Both the position numbers and the translations under genes were made by a program. From NCBI GenBank assembly GCA_030141605.1, contig JAQGDQ010000264.1, positions 251,069-315,068 on the forward strand: DNA of 64,000 nt, read 5' to 3'. This stretch comes from Tubiluchus corallicola (lineage: Eukaryota; Animalia; Priapulida). Numbering within the stretch: the first letter of the stretch is position 1; each line of letters begins with the position of its first letter. This document shows, one piece after another, positions 56,352 to 64,000 of this stretch. Below the pieces are notes generated by a model. That model was not told where the DNA came from, ran no database searches, and saw nothing but the letters and a program-made list of their open reading frames with translations.

Positions 56352-56604
56352 TGACTTACTGTGAAAATAGTTGCACCTAACGGTCATCGCAGGAGTTTAA
56401 ATTTACAAGTTTTATATGACACTACTGCTAAGGCAAGCTCCGTATGCAATACGACAGTATGAAGGTGATGAAAAATTAAAAAACGAATTTTTAAGCATTA
56501 TTTCTGTTGAGCATTTTTTGTGCTTTAAATAACACCTCAAACACTGGCAGAACCCTATAAACTGAGTGACAATACAGATAAGCCAATCAAAAACTCACTG
56601 CAGT

Positions 56605-56855
56605 CAGGGCCTATTTCAGCCTAAGCAACGCCCAGGGAAGTGGGGCGTGTGAGGCCTCCTTGGGGGGCGGGCGCCACCACGGTTGGCGCCCATAAAATTT
56701 TTGAACTGCTAGAACGCCGGAGAAGCATTCTCGAAGAGAAAATATGGAGTTATACAGTATGTTCGCAAAAAAATAATGTGACTTCGGCGCGAGGCCCCCC
56801 TGGAGGGTGAGGCTCCGGGGAAGTATCCCCACTCCCCAACCTGAAATAGGCCCTG
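56605..56855. mobile_element. hAT-type MITE family B
   Basis: Perfect 15-bp TIR cagggcctatttcag; 8-bp TSD actgcagt/actacagt; GC-rich subterminal regions. Confidence 0.85.
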
Positions 56856-57021
56856 ACTACAGTTGAAAGTATTTTTAATACAAGATATCGATACTAGCTC
56901 CATATTAAAATAATCCTGCAAAATTATCAAGAAATTTGTTGTCCTGCACTGTAGGTTGTGAACGGAATGCTAGCAGTGGACACAGTTATGTAGTTGTTGG
57001 GGTTTCATTGTAGCAAATGTA

Positions 57022-57569
57022 GACTACGGTAAAATCACGTTGAAAACACCGGTTCTCGTCTGATCACCGAAGTTAAGCAACGTAGAGCCTGGTTAGCACT
57101 TGGATGGGTGACCGCCTAGGAATACCAGGTGCTGTAGGCTTGCGGGATGCCCACACTGTATCTCGACACTAGGCGGATGAGCTGCACAAGCAGCCAACGG
57201 CTAGAGGGCGGAGGAGGTCAAGTGACCCAACGGCCATGTGTAGAGGAGTAAACCTTCCAAATCAGGAGTGGAGCCCCGAAGGCGGACCAGTGCAGCATGC
57301 TCATTGATTCCGGCAGCTCCTGCACCCAACCTGGTGCCAAACGTATCGCTCCGCTTTCCTTTGGACTACACCAGGGAGGAAGAGAGGGGGTTCCTGTTGT
57401 CTGGGCAACTCAGGATCTCATACAGGCGTGCGCAATGGAAAGGCCACTCCAGTGGTTCAAGGATCGGACTGCTCAGCCACAGTTGAGGCTGCAGCTCCAT
57501 CAACGTGATCAATAACTGACTCTCTTGGCGCACACTCCATTGTCTTCCGAGACAGAAGGATGCCAACCA
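57022..57569 (+). mobile_element. 5S rRNA-headed SINE, copy 2 (full length)
   Basis: Same head and body as 47958-48480; flanked by attgta(g/c)caaatgtag duplications. Confidence 0.9.
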
Positions 57570-57584
57570 ATTGTACCAAATGTA

Positions 57585-57680
57585 GACTACGGCCAAATCA
57601 CGTTGAAAACACCGGTTCTCGTCTGATCACCGAAGTTAAGCAACGTACAGCCTGGTTAGAACTTGGATGGTTGCCAACCA
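57585..57680 (+). mobile_element. Internally deleted tandem copy of the 5S-SINE (head joined to the 3' end)
   Basis: About 85 nt of 5S head followed directly by tgccaacca and a third copy of the TSD. Confidence 0.85.
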
Positions 57681-57726
57681 ATTGTAGCAAATGTAGGAAA
57701 CGCTTTGTAAACAGCACTAAACTCAC

Positions 57727-57868
57727 AGGGTTGGTCGCGTTTGAGCGCCATCTCAAGTTCTCTCTCCGCTCGGTCGTACTGTCGCAGTTTCAATAGGAGA
57801 TCAGCCAAATCATAACGAAGGTAATTCTTGCTCCCAGTCTGTAGAGCTTTCTCATAATAGTTAATCGC
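57727..57868 (-). CDS. TTC21B: TTC21B exon
   Basis: [47 protein letters not shown]; tttag / gtgagt; not in the ORF track, translated by hand. Confidence 0.93.
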
Positions 57869-58459
57869 CTAAACATAAAAAGAGACTGATGATTTAAGAA
57901 CTTAATTAAAAAGGTAGTACAAAAACTGATAATACAGGTAATACAGGTAGTGTTTTCAAATGAAATAAACATTAGTACTGTAAGATAGTTGATTGTAATG
58001 ATTTGTGCCGACACAGTTGCAGCAGTGCTAATGAAATTATACTAATCACATTAAATAAACTTTTTTAATCCAATCATTATTTTTGGAACAGAAATCGAAT
58101 CGGGGAGCCTGTCATGGCAAAATTTCATTTGAACACGAATCGCTGAAAAATATTTTTGGAAAAATATCGGTTCACGGTGATTATTTTTGCAACTGTTTCC
58201 AATTTTCCAGCCTCTTCGTCCCATTTTGTGTCATTTTCCACGACTTTTTACCAAATTATCTTTCTCCCTGATTTTTCTATGACTTTCCAGGACAGCCAGT
58301 ATTTTCAGGAATTTTCCCTGACCGTAGGAACCCTGTCTTAAAGTGCAGGATCTGTAACTTTATGATGAAATAAATACGAAAGCATCAGCATAAAGAAGTA
58401 ATTGAATTCTGCAGTCATTTAGAGTCCTTGGATTATCAAACATATTAATAATGTAATTC

Positions 58460-58908
58460 TAAAGAGCCGTATATCCCCTTCCGAGAGTCCCACCAGGTGC
58501 CGCTATAACGTTTTTTCCGCATGCGTTTGGTCAAAATTTCGAAAAAAATCGGAGTTGGGTCCGGGAAAACGCCCGTCACGGGATTCCGTGGCCCTCTCGC
58601 AAATTCTAAATATGCCTATGACACCCACCGCTGAACGGGCTATCTATCCATAGCCAGCACCACCCCCGGCCTGTTCCAGTTCTCCAGATCTCAGACGTAT
58701 AACTTTTGCAAAAAACGGTCGAAAAATGGCCATTTTTGGAGGTTTTTCGTCCCGGTGGGCCCGATTCGAAAAATAAACCCCCAATGAGACGACACTAGAT
58801 CGAGACCTTTCGTTTGATGTATAGATCGCCGCAAATGGTGCCGTCGTCGAAGCTTTGGCCTCGAATCTTATATATAAAGCCAATACCAAGAATATTAATA
58901 TATAGATT
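58460..58908 (-). mobile_element. Helitron/Helentron-like non-autonomous repeat
   Basis: GC-rich island ending in tatatagat (TCTATATA start on the minus strand), with a gagacctttcgtttgat motif; family call from recall only. Confidence 0.4.
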
Positions 58909-59737
58909 TGTTGTGATGTGATTTAGGAACCTAATTAAAATGGTAGCACAAAAACTGATAATACAGGTAACACAGGTAGCGTTTTCAAACGAAATAAACA
59001 TTAGTACTGTAAGATTTTAACAGGTTTAGCATCCATTATCGAAAATACTAATAAAACAAAGATTACAGACAAAATCTTGGATGTTGTACTAAAAAATATT
59101 TTTTATTCGCTAACAAACAACTACTATATCATCATCATCATCATCATCATACGCCCGTCACGTCTATTGTAGACATTGGGCAGGCAGAATTCTAAAATAA
59201 AAGAAATCTGCCTTCAGACAGGTAAATGCAGCAGTAATCCAGCAAAACAAACTAGACACTGCTACATCAGTGGCTTGTCAGCACCACTTCTGTTGAAAAC
59301 AACTTCTAACCCTTTGCAATTTGCTATTAGCAATATGCAACACTCTTCGTAATGTGCAAAAATTGAATAATGCCACAACAAAATACAGAAAAGTGCCCTC
59401 CTTATAGTGCTGCTATTACAAAAACTTTAACCACCATTATCTTGATAATAAAAATGAAATAAAATAAATAAAAAAATGACAAATTTACTGATGCAAACAT
59501 GTCGGAAATAAAGTAAACCAACCTTTATTAATGTGCCTAGAGCATTCCAAATCTTTTTATCAATCAGAGAATCAGCAAATTTGTTTATATGACAGCCTCT
59601 TTTACAGACAGTTTACTTTCCCATCTAAATATATCTAATATCTTGACATTTCTAGGATTAAAACCATGAGATGTATCTTGAAAGTAAAAATCAGGCAAGA
59701 CTAGTCTTAGGTTACCAAATTTATGAATAGAGATCTA

Positions 59738-60194
59738 ATGCTTTATTTCACAATATAAAGTTCTCTCAAGATGAGATTTTTCATGCTCTGCACAACCTAT
59801 CAAGAGCTTTAATTTTTTACTTAAAACTGCAATAATAATGCTTCATTTCACAATATAAAGTATGACCAGTTCTCTCAAGATGAGATTTTTCATGCTCTGC
59901 ACAATCTATCAAGACCTTTAATTTTTTACTTAAAACTGCAATAATAATGCTTCATTTCACAATATAAAGTATGACCAGTTCTCTCAAGATAAGGTCTTTC
60001 ATGCTCTGCACAACCTATGAAGAGCATTAATTTTTTTTATCAAAAACTGCAATAATAATGCTTCATTCACAATATAAAGTATGACCAGTTCTCTCAAGAT
60101 AAGGTCTTTCATGCTCTGCACAACCTATGAAGTGCATTAATTTTTTTTATCAAAAACTGCAATAATAATGCTTCATTTCACAATATAAAGTATG
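59738..60194. repeat. About 118-bp tandem repeat x4
   Basis: aatgcttcatttcacaatataaagtatgaccagttctctcaagat...aaaactgcaataat. Confidence 0.9.
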
Positions 60195-60345
60195 ATTTAA
60201 GTACTCTTGCAAAAAATTTATGGATAAGGGAATGTATAACTGTTTTTGTAATAAAGTGCTATCGAATTGTCTCTACAGCTGAAGAAACTCCATTTTTTTT
60301 AAAAACTTTGCAAAATCGGGTTGGATCTAAAGTATCATAGAACTT

Positions 60346-60787
60346 CATCAAAACTTTGATTCAGACTTTGCTTAAAAACTTTGATTCAGACTTGCATCAA
60401 AACTTTGATTCAGACTTGCATCAAAACTTTGATTCAGACTTGCATCAAAACTTTGATTCAGATATGCATCAAAACTTTGATTCAGACTTGCATCAAAACT
60501 TTGATTCAGACTTGCATCAAAACTTTGATTCAGATATGCATCAAAACTTTGATTCAGACTTGCATCAAAACTTTGATTCAGACTTTGCTTAGAAACTTTG
60601 ATTCAGACTTGCATCAAAACTTTGATTCAGACTTTGCTTAGAAACTTTGATTCAGACTTGCATCAAAACTTTGACTCAGACTTGCATCAAAACTTTGATT
60701 CAGACTTTGCTTAGAAACTTTGATTCAGACTTTGCTTAGAAATTTTGATTCAGACTTGCATCAAAACTTTGATTCAGACTTTGCTTA
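60346..60787. repeat. 24-25-bp minisatellite, about 18 units
   Basis: catcaaaactttgattcagacttg. Confidence 0.95.
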
Positions 60788-60956
60788 GCAACTTCAGTTC
60801 TAGCAGAACATGGTGACATCTCTGTGAGTAGTAATCTGTCCCTAATGTTATTACACTATAAATCAACATTTGGAACAGAATTTCACCATTAAAGACTGTC
60901 TTGATGCTTCTTGAAATATGACATTTTAAAACTATAGAAAACACACAGCCACGTAC

Positions 60957-61067
60957 CTTGCCATAGTTGTGGGTTTGAACTAAAGCATTGCCAATCTTTG
61001 TGGCAAGACCAGAATCTCTTGGATTCTTCTTCAATGCTTGTTCATAAACATCAATCGCTTTGTCTGG
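60957..61067 (-). CDS. TTC21B: TTC21B exon
   Basis: [37 protein letters not shown]; AG/GT flanks, phase 0-0. Confidence 0.95.
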
Positions 61068-61523
61068 CTAAAATAAAATCATCCATTCATTCATTTTAAC
61101 TTTTTCAAACTAAATTTGTTACAACTATTGCACAGTTTCATGTTGTGTCTACATTGTACTGTGTCTAGTTTGAATTCACTGGGTTTTAATGTGAACTGTG
61201 TAGATTCTAACTATAATGCTGATTCTGTTGTTAGGTGTCATAGAATACTACCTGTAATTAATGGCACAGTACAAATTTTGTGTAATAATAATAATAATAT
61301 TAACAATAATGATAATGATAATAATAATAATGATGATAATGATAATAATACTGATACTAATTATAACACCCTCTTGGTCAGAATTACTATTTCATAAAAG
61401 TTCTTATAACTGCATGCTCCTGGTTTTTTTTACTTTTGTTTAAAATTGAGTGGTTTTCTTCTCTTTGATGACTAGTACAATTTTTAAGTGATTAATGTCC
61501 TCTATTTATATACTTATTTCTTG

Positions 61524-63570
61524 GACACCCTGTACAGTGAGTGATATACATACCTCTTGTATGCTCATATAGGCATCTCCAAGCAACAAACAAGTCTGCA
61601 GAGTACAGGTTTTTTGGACACCCTGTACAGTAAGTTTCACACATACCTCTTGTATGCTCATATAGGCATCTCCAAGCAACAAACAAGTCTGGGGGGTACA
61701 GATTTTTTGCACACCCTGTATAGTGAGTGATATACGTACCTCTTGTATGCTCATATAGGCATCTCCAAGCAACAAACAAGTCTGCAGAGTACAGGTTTTT
61801 TGGACACCCTGTATAGTGAGTGATATACGTACCTCTTGTATGCTCATATAGGCATCTCCAAGCAACAAACAAGTCTGCAGAGTACAGGTTTTTTGCACAC
61901 CCTGTATAGTAAGTTTTACACGTACCTCTTGTATGCTCATATAGGCATCTCCAAGCAACAGACAAGTTGCAGAGTACAGGTTTTTTGCACACCCTGTATA
62001 GTGAGTGATATACATACCTCTTGTATGCTCATATAGGCATCTCCAAGCAACAAACAAGTCTGCAGAGTTGGAAACCAACAACAGCAAACGCACTTGCAGC
62101 TCACATAGACTCCGAGCAACAAACAACAGCGTAAAGGTCTTCATACAACTCAACAGAAGACCACACGCACCTCACACGCCCACACAGCATCTCCACAACA
62201 AACAAGTCCAGATACAGGCTTGACACCCCGCAAGAGCAAATAATAAAACAAAATGCCCACAATAGGCACTCCCAAAAACAAAACAAAATCCTATGGGAGT
62301 ATTATATTCGTAAACCGTAAGTATATACATATAAATCTTAAATAAAAATAATAAAAATAACCAAACAACAAAACAATTCTCGGGGCCCGGATAGGTTATA
62401 TTACACTATATAAAAGTGATAGTATATAGTATGCATATAGGTCAGAAGCAACAAACAAAGCTATGGGAGGGGTTTATAAGGGTAGTAAGTATCACAGGGT
62501 ATGCTTATAGGCATCTACAAGTCTCAGGCATAGCTTTATGCCTAATAGGATAATATACGTACTCTTGTATGCTTATAGGCATCTCGAGCAACAAACAAAT
62601 TATGAGGTTTGACATTACAGGCACACGCTTTAAAAGCTCAATACAGCAACTCAACAATCAACAACTGCTAACATAATCATCCAACAACAAACAAACTGAG
62701 ACACACCCAATACCCACAGACACCTGATAACAATGAAACTCATATAATCATCTCCCAGACCAACAACAAGTCTTACACGTTCCTCTTGTATGCTTATATA
62801 GGCACTCCAAGCAACAAACAAGTCTGCAGAGTACAGGTTTTTTGGACACCCTGTACAGTAAGTTTCACACATACCTCTTGTATGCTCATATAGGCATCTC
62901 CAAGCAACAAACAAGTCTGTGGTGTAGGTTTTTTTGCACACCCTGTATAGTGAGTTTTACACATACCTCTTGTATGCTCATATAGGCATCTCCAAGCAAC
63001 AAACAAGTCTGTGGAGTACAGGTTTTTTGGACACCCTGTACAGTAAGTTTCACACGTACCTCTTGTATGCTCATATAGGCATCTCCAAGCAACAAACAAG
63101 TCTGTGGAGTACAGGTTTTTTGCACACCCTGTATAGTGAGTGATATACGTACCTCTTGTATGCTCATATAGGCATCTCCAAGCAACAAACAAGTCTGTGG
63201 TGTAGGTTTTTTGCACACCCTGTATAGTGAGTGATACACGTACCTCTTGTATGCTCATATAGGCATCTCCAAGCAACAAACAAGTCTGTGGTGTAGGTTT
63301 TTTGCACACCCTGTACAGTAAGTATCACACGTACCTCTTGTATGCTCATATAGGCATCTCCAAGCAACAAACAAGTCTGGGGGGTAGGTTTTTTGGACAC
63401 CCTGTATAGTGAGTGATATACGTACCTCTTGTATGCTCATATAGGCATCTCCAAGCAACAAACAAGTCTGGGGGGTAGGTTTTTTGGACACCCTGTATAG
63501 TGAGTGATATACATACCTCTTGTATGCTCATATAGGCATCTCCAAGCAACAAACAAGTCTGGGGGGTAGG
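61524..63570 (-). repeat. 91-93 bp tandem array of a TTC21B exon 3' end plus 5' splice site
   Basis: Unit repeats ...QTCLLLGDAYMSIQE|GT of exon 63517-63694 plus intron start; 14 clean extra copies and a degraded block at about 62070-62780. Confidence 0.95.
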
Positions 63571-63694
63571 ATTCTTGTCCACCAGTTCACGGTAACAACT
63601 AGCGTACAATCGCTTGTCCTTGCGGTGATGTAAGTAGATGTACGCCATCTTTTCCCGCGCCTCAATGTAGTACGGCTGATCTTGTGAAACATTT
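63517..63694 (-). CDS. TTC21B: TTC21B/IFT139 internal exon (first exon inside the window; gene continues beyond the window)
   Basis: [36 protein letters not shown]...LLLGDAYMSIQE resembles human TTC21B [22 protein letters not shown]...LLLGDAYMNILE; tttag acceptor, gtatgt donor. Confidence 0.95.
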
Positions 63695-64000
63695 CTAAAC
63701 AAAATTAAAGAGAAATTGCAGGATTAGTCCCAATATTCCACAAAATGCTCCAATAGCTGGACAAGTGTCACAAGTTTATTCCAAGAAATAGTTGACAGTT
63801 GACAGTAGAATTTGTTTAATATTCAGTAAAAATCTATTAAGGATTAACACTTTATAATTCAGTTTTACTAAGTAGAATTCAAAGCAATGTTTGTTATCTG
63901 AAGAATAATTTCAAGGAGACAAGTACATGGTTATTAAACTGACACATGTCATTTGATTTTATCTTCAGTCCATAGCTAAAATTTTATCTAATTTGATTCT

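Overview
Eukaryotic, AT-rich genomic DNA, most likely from an invertebrate animal, with GT-AG introns. Most entries in the ORF track are artefacts of repeats. Three intron-containing genes lie head-to-tail on the minus strand: the 3' part of TTC21B/IFT139 (13 exons, 63694 to stop at 42753, all splice phases consistent), RNF170 (4 exons found, 39715-34343; the C-terminal membrane exons were not found) and GCLM (6 exons found, 31441 to stop at 24294; the first coding exon was not found). I recognise no coding exons in 1-24 kb. Introns carry hAT, pogo/Tigger and piggyBac-type MITEs, a tRNA-SINE, 5S-rRNA-headed SINEs, an internally deleted RTE element, a BEL/Pao gag relic, and many mini- and microsatellites. 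Most notable: (i) tandem arrays whose unit is an exon end plus its splice site (two TTC21B donors about 20-fold; two acceptors 2-3-fold); (ii) an RTE element that starts exactly at the predicted cleavage site of a twister-like ribozyme; (iii) a phase-compatible RNF170/GCLM junction where the expected exons of both genes are missing. Gene and family identities come from my recall of orthologous sequences, not from database searches.
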